From: an uncultured delta proteobacterium
Lineage (GTDB): Bacteria > Desulfobacterota > Binatia > UBA9968
NCBI GenBank assembly: GCA_963755715.1
Contig: CAVWLW010000069.1
Span: 1-64,000 of the forward strand
Reading direction: 5' to 3'
DNA: 64,000 nt
Positions 22,711 to 31,701 of the stretch are shown piece after piece. The notes beneath the pieces were generated by a model. It was not told the origin of the DNA, did not search any database, and saw nothing but the letters and a program-made list of their open reading frames with translations. Positions within the stretch are counted from its first letter, which is position 1. The number at the start of each line of letters is the position of its first letter. A program made the position numbers and the translations under genes.

Positions 22711-23754
22711 TTGAAAGCTGTCATCCTCAAAAACTTTGGCGGCCCTGAAGTGCTGCGCTTCGAAGATCTGCCTCAGCCGAAACCGGCGGCCGGCGAGGCC
22801 TTGATCAAAATCCATTCGGTTTCCGTCAATCGCACACTCGACTGCATCGTCCGCGCCGGCAAATATCCGGTAAAGATCCGACTGCCCCATGTGCTTGGCG
22901 CCGACCCGGCAGGCGAAGTCGTAGAAGTCGGGGCCGCAGTCGCGACGCTCAACGTAGGGGACCGGGTCGCCGTGATCTCGGCAGCGCCTTGTAAAACATG
23001 CGAAGCATGCCTTCGAGGCGATGAAAGCCTTTGCGTCGACGGCAAACGCATCGGTATTGATCGTTGGGGCGGCTACGCCGAGTATATCGCCGTGCCCGCG
23101 CGTTGTGTGGTGAGAATTCCCGACGATACTTCTTTTGCCGAAGGCACTGTCATCACGCGCCATTTTCCCATGGCGTTCAATCTTCTCGTCGACAAAGCCG
23201 GCGTCAAACCCGGTGAACGCGTATTGGTGATGGGCGCGACCGGCGCCCTGGGCAGCTCCTGCGTGCAGGTCGCGAAGATGCTCGGCGCCAAAGTGATCGC
23301 CGGCGCGGGTACCGACGAGCGCGTCGAGCTCGCAAAAAGCTACGGCGCCGATCTTGGAATCAATTATCGCATGCGTGATCTCGCTAACGAGGTCATGCGG
23401 CTCACGGATAATCAGGGCGTGGACGTCGTTTGTGAGAATATCTCCGACCCTACTTTATGGCCGGCGGCGTTCGCCAGCCTCGCTCTCAATGGACGGCTGG
23501 TCACGGCCGGCGCTCATGGCGGCGGCACTGTCAACCTCGACGTAAAGCGCCTCTACATGCGCCGCCTGCGCATCATCGGCGCCGCCGGGACCAACCCGGC
23601 GGACGTCGAAAAAGCGCTCGACGCCGCCCGTGAGAGAAAAATCCGCGCCATCATCGATCGGATCATGCCCCTGCGCGACGCTGCGCAAGCGCACAGGATC
23701 GTCGAACAAAATCGGATCGCCGGAAAAATCATCCTCGACCCGACACAGAAGTGA
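22711..23754 (+). CDS. Medium-chain dehydrogenase/reductase (Zn-ADH / quinone oxidoreductase family); probable TTG start
   Basis: KAVIL..FGGPEVL, PHVLGADPAGEV, structural-Zn motif CKTCEAC..C, GATGALGS, GKIIL. Confidence 0.88.
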   Translation: MKAVILKNFGGPEVLRFEDLPQPKPAAGEALIKIHSVSVNRTLDCIVRAGKYPVKIRLPHVLGADPAGEVVEVGAAVATLNVGDRVAVISAAPCKTCEACLRGDESLCVDGKRIGIDRWGGYAEYIAVPARCVVRIPDDTSFAEGTVITRHFPMAFNLLVDKAGVKPGERVLVMGATGALGSSCVQVAKMLGAKVIAGAGTDERVELAKSYGADLGINYRMRDLANEVMRLTDNQGVDVVCENISDPTLWPAAFASLALNGRLVTAGAHGGGTVNLDVKRLYMRRLRIIGAAGTNPADVEKALDAARERKIRAIIDRIMPLRDAAQAHRIVEQNRIAGKIILDPTQK

Positions 23755-23831
23755 CATGGCAAAACTCCACGTCTCGACCGAGGGCATCGGACCCTTGACT
23801 CTAATTATTGCCAGTTCCACCTTGCATTCGC

Positions 23832-23908
23832 TGTCATCCTGAACGACAGTGAAGGATCTCGGATTTTCAAAAGAGATTCCTCGTCGCTTATGGCGCCTCA
23901 AAATGACA
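23832..23908. repeat. TGTC-tagged double-hairpin repeat (REP/MITE-like), empty copy 1
   Basis: TGTC-ATCCT-gaacgacagtga-AGGAT-CTC ... GAG-ATTCC..AAAAT-GACA in inverted arrangement. Confidence 0.7.
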
Positions 23909-23991
23909 TTCACTGTGCAATGTCAATTGCCGTTTACACTCACAAAGTAGCCATGTTAAAAACAGAGTTATCGAGTTTCAGGAGGTAGCCC

Positions 23992-24837
23992 ATGGCAGAG
24001 ATCGTCTCGATCATCGGCATTACACATAATCCGTTCATGCCGCGACTCTTCAAGCAACCCCAGCAGCCGCCGGGCACGGCGAAAATAAAAGAACGAATCG
24101 CGATGATGCGGCAAAAACTCGCCGAAGCGAAGCCGGACGTGCTCGTCTGCATCGGCAACGATCACCTGCATCAGTTTTTCATGGACAACATGCCGGCCTT
24201 CATGATCGGCAAGATGGATCAGTACGATGGGACGTTTTACGACGAGGAACGGGAGTTCGGCTTGCCGAAATGCAAGCTGCCCGGCGACGTGGACGTCTCC
24301 GACGCGATCATGGAAGGCGCCTTCGATCGCGGCGTCGACTTCTCCTATTCCAATGAACTGACGATCGATCACTCGATCATCGTGCCGATGCTGTTCGTCC
24401 GCCCGGAAATGGATATTCCCGTCGTGCCGATCCTGACCAACTGCATCGCTCCGCCAATGCCGAGAGCCAAGCGGTATTTCGAAGTCGGCAAAGCCATTCG
24501 TGGGGCCATCGATAGCCTGCCCACGAACAAGCGCATCGGCGTGCTGGTGAGCGGCCACTTATCCCTGGAAGTCGGCGGCCCAAAACAATTCGAGCGCCAC
24601 CTCACGGATCCCAATTTCGACGCCGCCGCCGTCGGTTGGATCGTCAACGGCGACATCGAAGGCGCTGCCAAGGGCTGCACACCGGACAAAATGATTGCCT
24701 CCGGCAACATGACCAGCGGCTATTTGAATTTCTTGATGATGATGGGCGTGGCGAACTCGACCAAGCCGTCGCACGCCGAAGGCCTGGACGCCGGCTTTCC
24801 GGCGATCCCGTTTTTTAGCTGGGATAAACAGGCTTAG
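23992..24837 (+). CDS. LigB-type (class III) extradiol dioxygenase-like catalytic subunit
   Basis: ITHNP, GNDHLHQFFMDNMPAF, IDHSIIVP, PVVPILTNCIAPPMP; C-terminal motifs are atypical (SGHLSLEVGG). Confidence 0.8.
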   Translation: MAEIVSIIGITHNPFMPRLFKQPQQPPGTAKIKERIAMMRQKLAEAKPDVLVCIGNDHLHQFFMDNMPAFMIGKMDQYDGTFYDEEREFGLPKCKLPGDVDVSDAIMEGAFDRGVDFSYSNELTIDHSIIVPMLFVRPEMDIPVVPILTNCIAPPMPRAKRYFEVGKAIRGAIDSLPTNKRIGVLVSGHLSLEVGGPKQFERHLTDPNFDAAAVGWIVNGDIEGAAKGCTPDKMIASGNMTSGYLNFLMMMGVANSTKPSHAEGLDAGFPAIPFFSWDKQA

Positions 24838-24873
24838 GAAAATAATGCGACAATTTCAGACAGGACTTGTTTG

Positions 24874-25146
24874 ATGGACTTCAAAACTCTCTCGACCGTT
24901 TTCACTTCCGTTTTCATCGCCGAGCTCGGCGACAAAACACAGCTCGCGACGATGTTGTTCGCATCGGACAAGGATGCGAGCAAACTGACGATTTTTGTCG
25001 GCGCGGCGCTCGCTCTTGTCGTAACCTCGGCCATCGGCGTGATTGCGGGTTCTGCAATCTCACAATACGTCAGTGAAAAGACGCTGCATTACTTGGCGGG
25101 AATTGGCTTTATCGCGATCGGCGTTTGGACACTAGTCAAAGCCTAG
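24874..25146 (+). CDS. TMEM165/GDT1 (UPF0016) family single-domain cation transporter
   Basis: FIAELGDKTQLAT signature and three TM segments. Confidence 0.92.
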   Translation: MDFKTLSTVFTSVFIAELGDKTQLATMLFASDKDASKLTIFVGAALALVVTSAIGVIAGSAISQYVSEKTLHYLAGIGFIAIGVWTLVKA

Positions 25147-25157
25147 AAGGAATAGTC

Positions 25158-25469
25158 ATGAGCAAATATTTAATGAACAAACTCATTCACCTCGTCAACA
25201 TGAACGAAGAAGCGGAGAAGGAATACAAAGCCAAGCCGCGCGAGTTCGTCGAGAAGTGGGAGAAAACCCAGAAACTGAAGCTAGCGCCCGAAGAACGCGA
25301 AGCGCTGGCGACCAAAGACTATGGCAAACTATACGCGCTCGGCGCGCACCCGTTTACTCTGTGGAGCTTCACCGAGGCCGTATGCGCGCATGAAAAACCG
25401 CGCGAAGAATTAGTGGCGGACTACAAAGCGAAAGCGGCGAAGGCAGGCTACCCGAATTTTAAAACGTGA
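25158..25469 (+). CDS. LigA-like small subunit of an aromatic ring-opening dioxygenase
   Basis: MSKYLMNKLI, LAPEEREALATKDYGKLYALGAHPFTL (LigA-like pattern); two genes after the ligB-like gene. Confidence 0.7.
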   Translation: MSKYLMNKLIHLVNMNEEAEKEYKAKPREFVEKWEKTQKLKLAPEEREALATKDYGKLYALGAHPFTLWSFTEAVCAHEKPREELVADYKAKAAKAGYPNFKT

Positions 25470-25480
25470 CCGCACGCACG

Positions 25481-25508
25481 GTAGGGGCGCAGCATGCTGC
25501 GCCCCTAC
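25481..25508. repeat. GTAG-tagged perfect palindrome (REP-like) between convergent genes
   Basis: GTAGGGGCGCAGCATGCTGCGCCCCTAC, a 28-bp perfect inverted repeat. Confidence 0.75.
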
Positions 25509-25509
25509 A

Positions 25510-26622
25510 CTATTTCAATAACTTGGTCGCCAGAGCGATCGCGGGAGTTCTAATCTTGAGCACCGACGATTCCAGATGAGTTTCCAGCCGCAGATAATCC
25601 TCCACGGTCATCACGTCCCTGCAACCCTGGATGCCGAACTCCTTTAACCACTCCGTGCTCACGTCGAGCCGGCGCGTGCCCTGAGTCATCGCCTTGCCGT
25701 AAATTTCCTGGCCTTCTTTGCTGAGCAGCCAATTCACGAAAACTTTGGCTGCGTTCGGATGGGGCGGATTCTTCACCACCGTCACGACGCCGCTGCCGTT
25801 GTTGGCATGGGCGCCTTCTTTGATTTTGGGAACCGGTTTTACCGGCAAGCCTGCTTTGATGAAGGGATCGTAGCTGTAATGGCTGAGGCCGATCGTGAAC
25901 GCCAGCTTGCCTTTGGCCAGGGAATCCGCGAGCTGGCGCAAATTTTGACTAATGAGAAGATCCTGCTGCGTGAGTTTTTGCAGATACTCTTCGCCTTTCA
26001 CCTTCCAAAGAAACGACCAGGTATTTTGCCCCGACCCGGGGTTGCGCGGATCGAGAAAGCCGATTTTGCCTTTCCATTTGGGATTGAGCAGATCGTCGAA
26101 GGAACGAATTTCACTCGGTTCGACTTGACTACCGTTGAACCACAAGGTCTCACTCGTGTAGCAGAGAAACGCGTAGACTTGCCGCTTGCCGCCCACGTTA
26201 TCTTCCCAGATATGCCCGCCCCACCAGTTTTTCGGATCTTTGACCTCCGGCAAGATCATGTACGATTGAAAATCGTCCGCGGCTCCGGCGGCCACCATGG
26301 AGAGCGGCGTGGCTCCGCCCGCTACAAGTAGGTCGAAATAACGAACCCCGCGTTAAATTCCGTGATGATGCGCGTGACGTTCTCCGGCCCTCGGGCCGAC
26401 ATCAGCTCGACCGGAATACCGAACTTTTCTTTGAACTTGGCACTGATGGCGGTTCGCAGCTCGCTGCTGGCGGGAATGCCGACGACAACGGTGCCTTCCT
26501 TTTTGGCGGCGACCAGTGTTTTCTCCCAGTCCGTTTGCCATTCGGCCGCCGACGATGGGAGCGCGAAAAAGGAAGGCGCATAACAGACTAACGACGAAAG
26601 CATTCCGGGTTATTCGGTTCAT
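25510..26622 (-). CDS. ABC substrate-binding protein, FbpA/AfuA-like WWGGH subfamily (two frameshifts)
   Basis: Pieces 26353..26622, 26322..26603 and 25510..26298 join into signal peptide + WEKTLVAAKKEG + LPEVKDPKNWWGGH + PPHPNAAKVFVNWLLSKEGQ. Confidence 0.82.
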
Positions 26623-26644
26623 TGATGCCGCAAGCTTTCGTTGA

Positions 26645-28099
26645 TCAGGTGCCGGGAAATGGAATCACGTTGCGGAACTTGGCGATCACCTTTTCGCGCA
26701 GCTCGCGGCTCGAACGGCTGACTTTGGGAAACTTTTCTTTCCACTCAAATGGCCGCACGGCGTAAAAAATCGCCCGGCCGTTGGTATGGTCCTTCGACTC
26801 GCGCTTGTCCGGCGGCATGCGCGGATCGAGCGGCGTGCTCCAGCAGCCGTCGACGATGTCGATGTTGGTCGGCGGATCGACCCGCGTCATCATCGCCCAA
26901 AGAACTTCTTTCATGTTCGTGGGATCGATGTCCTCGTCGACCACGACCACGTAGCGCCCGTTGCGCGCGGCCGCGGCGGAACTCACCGCGGCCAGTCCGG
27001 CTTGTTTGGCGTGGCCGGCGTACTTTTGCTGGATCGCGACCACGGTAAAATAGGGCGAGTGATTGTAGACGCCGACGACGTTTTGAATCCCCGCCGCCTC
27101 CAACTGATCCCAGAGAATACCGGCCGTCGGATTGCCGTCGATCTTCATCGCTCCCGTCCAAAGCGGCGCTTCTTCCTCCAGGATAGGATCGTTGCGGTGA
27201 TAGATCGCTCTTACTTTGATGACCGGCTGGGCTTCGCCCGTGCCCAGCGTGCCGCCGGAGTAATACCCCGGCCATTCACCGAACGGCCCCTCGGGGCGCG
27301 ACTCCAGTTTTGGCGGCGGCACCTCGCCCTCGATGGCGATCTCCGCCCCCGCGGGAATCGGCAGGCCGGTCAACGGACCGCGAATAATTTGTAAAGGCCG
27401 CCCCATGAGGCCGCCGGCATAATCGAGCTCTGAATTGCCCCAGGCAACTTTGGTATGCGCGAGCGTAAATAGTAACGGATCCGGACTGAAGGTTACGACA
27501 ACCGGACAGTTTTTCCCTTGTTCCCAATACTTCGCGCAGATCATACGCCCGTGCTGCCCCGGACTCATCCACAGACCCAGAAGATTGCGATCATGGAGCT
27601 GCATCCGATAGGTGCCCGCGTTGATGAAGCCGCTCTCAGGCTCGGCGTTGATCAGACAGTCGCCCGTGCCGATGTACCGGCCGCCGTCGCCGTCATGAAA
27701 TCGCGGCGCGGGGAATTTGAACAGGTCAACCGCGTCGCCTTCCATTACGTTTTCCATCAGCGGCGCGGACTTTATCTCCTCCGGGGAAATCGTTTTGCCG
27801 GACTTCATTTTGCGCGCGAGCAGACGCACGACTTCGAGCTTGCTTTTGTCAGGCGAGATACCGAATGCGAGCGCCGTGCGTTTGTAATTGGCAAACGCAA
27901 GACTGACCAATCGAAAGCCGGCGGGGTAACCTTTGATCTTGTCGAACAGCAGCATCGGCCGAGAATCGAGCTCCGCCGTCGATTCGATCAGCGCGCCGAT
28001 TTCACCGTCCCAGTCTGCGTCTTCGATTAATCGCCATTCGCTGATCTTTTTGGCCTCTTCGATGAAGCCGCGGAAATCGTGGTAGGGAAGCGTATCCAT
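26645..28099 (-). CDS. UbiD-family (prFMN-dependent) aromatic acid decarboxylase
   Basis: DGGRYIGT, INAGTYR, IPAGAEIAIEG, EGPFGEWPGYY, VVVVDEDIDP, TPLDP. Confidence 0.93.
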   Translation of the reverse strand: MDTLPYHDFRGFIEEAKKISEWRLIEDADWDGEIGALIESTAELDSRPMLLFDKIKGYPAGFRLVSLAFANYKRTALAFGISPDKSKLEVVRLLARKMKSGKTISPEEIKSAPLMENVMEGDAVDLFKFPAPRFHDGDGGRYIGTGDCLINAEPESGFINAGTYRMQLHDRNLLGLWMSPGQHGRMICAKYWEQGKNCPVVVTFSPDPLLFTLAHTKVAWGNSELDYAGGLMGRPLQIIRGPLTGLPIPAGAEIAIEGEVPPPKLESRPEGPFGEWPGYYSGGTLGTGEAQPVIKVRAIYHRNDPILEEEAPLWTGAMKIDGNPTAGILWDQLEAAGIQNVVGVYNHSPYFTVVAIQQKYAGHAKQAGLAAVSSAAAARNGRYVVVVDEDIDPTNMKEVLWAMMTRVDPPTNIDIVDGCWSTPLDPRMPPDKRESKDHTNGRAIFYAVRPFEWKEKFPKVSRSSRELREKVIAKFRNVIPFPGT

Positions 28100-28142
28100 T
28101 CTATATCCTTCGCCCGGAGTGAACGCAGGAATTGATCGTGGA

Positions 28143-28238
28143 TGTCATCCTGAGCAAAGCGAAGGATCTCGTCCGATTGCGGTCGAGATTCTTCGGCGGA
28201 GTTTATCCTGAGCAAGACCGAAGGGCCTCAGAATGACA
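28143..28238. repeat. TGTC-tagged double-hairpin repeat, empty copy 2
   Basis: TGTC-ATCCT-gagcaaagcga-AGGAT-CTC ... GAG-ATTCT..AGAAT-GACA, with a nested TCCTGAGC..CGAAGGG unit. Confidence 0.75.
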
Positions 28239-28272
28239 CACAAGACAACTTACCCGGTCCAACATCGATTGA

Positions 28273-29412
28273 TCATTGCAAGACTTTCTCGGCAAACTTC
28301 TGCGATTTCAATCTTACGTCTACACACTTATCTTCCAAGTAATTGCGCAATCGCTCGTTGTCTTTGACACTCAGAAAATCCTTAGCCGCTTCCACTCCCT
28401 CTCTTGCCATCCATTTCGTGTCCACGTCCAATCGGCGTGTGCCATGCAGCAGCGTCCGGCTATAAAGTTCCTGGCCTTCCTTACTCAAGAGCCAGTTCAC
28501 AAAAATCTTCGTAGCGTTGGGATGGGGCGGGTTCTTGAGTATCGCCAGGCTGCCGTAACCGTTGCTCGAGGGCGACCCCTCCCGCAGTTCGGGAAGAGTT
28601 TTCAGCGGTAGGCCGGCTTTGATGAAGGGTTCGGTTTGAGCGACGCCAATACCAAGAGTGAACGCGACTTTTGCCTTTGCCAACGCTTCAGCGAGTTGCC
28701 GCAGGTTCTGTGTGACGAAGAGATCTTGCTGCACAAGCTTTTTGAGATACTCCTCTCCTTTATTCTCCCAAAGAAACGACCAAACCGACAAGCCCGAGCC
28801 GGCAACGCGCGGGTCGCTCAGACCGATCTTGCCTCTCCACTTCGGATCGAGAAAATCATCCAGTGAGCGCAGTTCCTCCGCCTTGGCCAGCGACGTATTG
28901 TACCAGTAACCTTCGGTGCTTTTGGTCGCGATGAACGAATAGAAAAGCCGCGTGCCGGCCACGTTGTCCATAAAAACATGCCCGCCCCACCACTGTTTCG
29001 GATCTTTCACTTCGGGAAGAATCATGTAGCTTTCCGCTTGATCGAAGAGGCCGGTTTTGATCAGCGGCACAGCCGTGCACGAGCCGAAAATAAAGGTGTC
29101 AAAATAGCGCACGCCGGCTTGGCCTTCCGTCACGACACGGTTGGCGATCTGTGGTCCAGTGGCGGGAAAAACTTCTAATTCAAATCCAAACTTTGCCTTG
29201 AACCCGCTCTCGAGCTCTTTCCTCAATTCCGCGCTCGGCGGAATGCCGACGACGACCTTTCCTTCCTTTTTCGCCGCTGCGAGCGTTTTTTCCCACTCGC
29301 TTTGCCAGGTGCTTTGCGCGCAAGCGTAACCGGAACGCAACGCTGACAAAAAATCCCAAACAACAAAATCGCCATTACGGTTCTGACTCGAACGTACTGC
29401 TGCAAACTGCAT
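28273..29412 (-). CDS. ABC substrate-binding protein, WWGGH subfamily (signal peptide disrupted by probable indels)
   Basis: WQSEWEKTLAAAKKEGKVVV, LPEVKDPKQWWGGH, PPHPNATKIFVNWLLSKEGQ; a hydrophobic stretch VMAILLFGIF lies in an adjacent frame. Confidence 0.85.
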   Translation of the reverse strand: MQFAAVRSSQNRNGDFVVWDFLSALRSGYACAQSTWQSEWEKTLAAAKKEGKVVVGIPPSAELRKELESGFKAKFGFELEVFPATGPQIANRVVTEGQAGVRYFDTFIFGSCTAVPLIKTGLFDQAESYMILPEVKDPKQWWGGHVFMDNVAGTRLFYSFIATKSTEGYWYNTSLAKAEELRSLDDFLDPKWRGKIGLSDPRVAGSGLSVWSFLWENKGEEYLKKLVQQDLFVTQNLRQLAEALAKAKVAFTLGIGVAQTEPFIKAGLPLKTLPELREGSPSSNGYGSLAILKNPPHPNATKIFVNWLLSKEGQELYSRTLLHGTRRLDVDTKWMAREGVEAAKDFLSVKDNERLRNYLEDKCVDVRLKSQKFAEKVLQ

Positions 29413-29445
29413 CGCCGATCTCCCGAAGATCACGAAAGGCAGAAA

Positions 29446-29473
29446 GAAGGGCGGGATCATGATCCCGCCCTTC
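29446..29473. repeat. 28-bp perfect palindrome, REP-like
   Basis: GAAGGGCGGGATCATGATCCCGCCCTTC. Confidence 0.65.
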
Positions 29474-29572
29474 ATAATTCGTGTCTGCCCTTTGCGTTGA
29501 CTTTGCGGTGGCAAAGATCTCTTTCGAATTCCCTGCGGACTCACTTCTTCGATCGCAGTTGCGGCGATAACT

Positions 29573-30584
29573 CTATTGCACGTCGAAGCGCGTCTCGCGC
29601 TCAGAAACATTATTGAACGCTTTCGGATGAACCAGCTTGCGGCTGTAGAGCACCATGCGCAGAAAACCGGGGCTGCCTGTGATCCGATGGGCAACGCCGC
29701 GAGGAATATAAGACATCTGTCCCGGGTCGAGCTCGAGCGCGCCCCACTCCGTGTGGTTCAATGAGTGGCCGCGAAACTGAAACCAGATCTCGTCCTCGTC
29801 GCAGCCGCGGTGAAAGCCGTTTTGCTCTTCCTCGAGATTGTAAACGTCGACGCGAAACTCTTTGCCGTTATAAAGGATCGGCGCGCGCGCGCCGCCTTTG
29901 CCGGTCATGCCGGTGAAATAATTGAAAGCGCTTAATTTCCTGACGACGCGACCGCCTTCGCGCTTACAGCCGACAAGCGCCGCGACATCGCGCTCAACCC
30001 AAAGATCCGACTGTGGGTCCCAGAAACTGATGTGCTCCAATACGGGAGCCTGACCGTCGCCGTCCGTTTTGCCACCGTTGGTAATTCCAATCGGTTCGGA
30101 AGGCCGTACGGCAAACTGTCTCTGCATCGTCGGCTTTTCCGGATCGACCCCTTCGGTAACAAATTCCTGGGTGGCGACGCGCACGCGCAGGCACTGATCC
30201 GTGCCCGTGCTGCGGTGCGAAATGGCCGCGGGAACGAGCACGATTTCACCGGGATCCACTTCGACGACACCGCTTTCGCTTTCGATCGTCGAGCGCCCGC
30301 AGAACTGCAGATAGACCAGATCGTGATCCGCCGCGCGAGTGAGCTGAGCCTCACGGCCGGCGATATGCTCCGTGGCAACCCGCAAGACAGTCGCCCTCGA
30401 ATATCGTCACCCGCGCCCGGTTGCCGGAAAGCGGCGTGCTCCGCAATAAATCGAACGGGCGAATTCGCGGCACCATTCTCTGCCCCATGCGGGCGGTGCC
30501 GATCACCGCGCTTTCGTCTCGCTCCATCCAGATATGTTCGGGCGGTTCTCGATGTGTCATGAACTCGCGTATTTTTTTTGCCAT
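29573..30584 (-). CDS. Bicupin protein, possible ring-cleavage dioxygenase (one frameshift near 30386)
   Basis: ATG at 30584 with an AGGAGGAG RBS. Two homologous halves; the C-half has FHRGCDEDEIWFQF...IPRGVAHR (H/E/H cupin site). Confidence 0.7.
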
Positions 30585-30658
30585 AAAAACTCCTCCTATG
30601 GATTGCAACAATTGGACGAACGACGGCTCCCAATCTCTTACCGCGAAGTGCGACCCGG

Positions 30659-31660
30659 TTACAACTTTGGCTTCCAGCCTTTTCTCAAATCTGCGTAGAT
30701 TCGTCTGATGATGCTGTAGTCGTAGAGCTTGGCCGGATCGGGAACGGTGGCGGCTTTGATCAATTCGGCGCGGGCCAAAACTTCTTCCCTGAGTACATCG
30801 TCGGACACCGTGCCATCATCGGTCATGCTGCTCAGGGCCGTGTCATAGTCGACCAGAAGAGCATCCGGCGGCAACGGGGTATGCTTCGCCAGCATGGCAA
30901 TCGTCGGCTCTCTATAACGGCGCGCGAATTCGCGACCCTTGGCCAGCGCGCGGAGAAAACGCTCGACCAATGCGGGATTGTCGCCAAGCAGCCTATTCGA
31001 CACGGCAACGCCATTCCAAACCAGCTGGATCTCTTTGCCGATATCGGCCAGCGTGTTCACCCGCATCGCTCCGATCTGCGTGATGTCTCTCGGCGTGAGC
31101 GGAGCCGCATCAATGGCGCCGGAAAGGAACGCCGGGAATCGCGCTTCGCTGCGTACCGCAATGAAGAGGAAGAGCTTTGGATCGAGCCGGTACTTTTTAA
31201 ACAACAGCAACGTAGCCAGATGGCCCGTGTCGCCGAAGGTGTTGACCGCGATCTTTTTGCCGATCAAGTCTTGCAGCGTTTTGATCTCGGGCTTGTTGGA
31301 AAGCAGCTTGTAGGTAGGGCGCGACTGGTTGGTGTAGATGATCTTGACCGGCCCGCCGCGCAGCGCCGCGCTCAGAGCCGATCCCGCCGACGAGCTGAAA
31401 TGAATTTGCCCTGACAATAAGACCTGGGTCGCCGAACCTCCACCGGATTTGAGAACCCTGATATTAAGATCTTCTTCGAGCGCGTAGCCTTTTTCGATGG
31501 CGACGACATGGTCCATGTACGCCGCTCCGAGCGAAGCGTAGGAGACGGTGATGTCTTCGGCTAACGCACGGGGCGACCAAATCGACAAGACCATCGTCGC
31601 AAGTAACCCCGTCAAGCTTCGATGGAATGCTCTGTTCATAGTGCGTTTAGCCATATTCAT
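30659..31660 (-). CDS. ABC substrate-binding protein, NMT1/THI5-SsuA type
   Basis: Signal peptide (ALA-E), AIEKGY..EDL, IKTLQDLIGKKIAV, SGAIDAA. Confidence 0.85.
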   Translation of the reverse strand: MNMAKRTMNRAFHRSLTGLLATMVLSIWSPRALAEDITVSYASLGAAYMDHVVAIEKGYALEEDLNIRVLKSGGGSATQVLLSGQIHFSSSAGSALSAALRGGPVKIIYTNQSRPTYKLLSNKPEIKTLQDLIGKKIAVNTFGDTGHLATLLLFKKYRLDPKLFLFIAVRSEARFPAFLSGAIDAAPLTPRDITQIGAMRVNTLADIGKEIQLVWNGVAVSNRLLGDNPALVERFLRALAKGREFARRYREPTIAMLAKHTPLPPDALLVDYDTALSSMTDDGTVSDDVLREEVLARAELIKAATVPDPAKLYDYSIIRRIYADLRKGWKPKL

Positions 31661-31701
31661 CGATCGGCGGGACGCTCATTTTCACTTTGCGTTCTTAGCG
31701 G

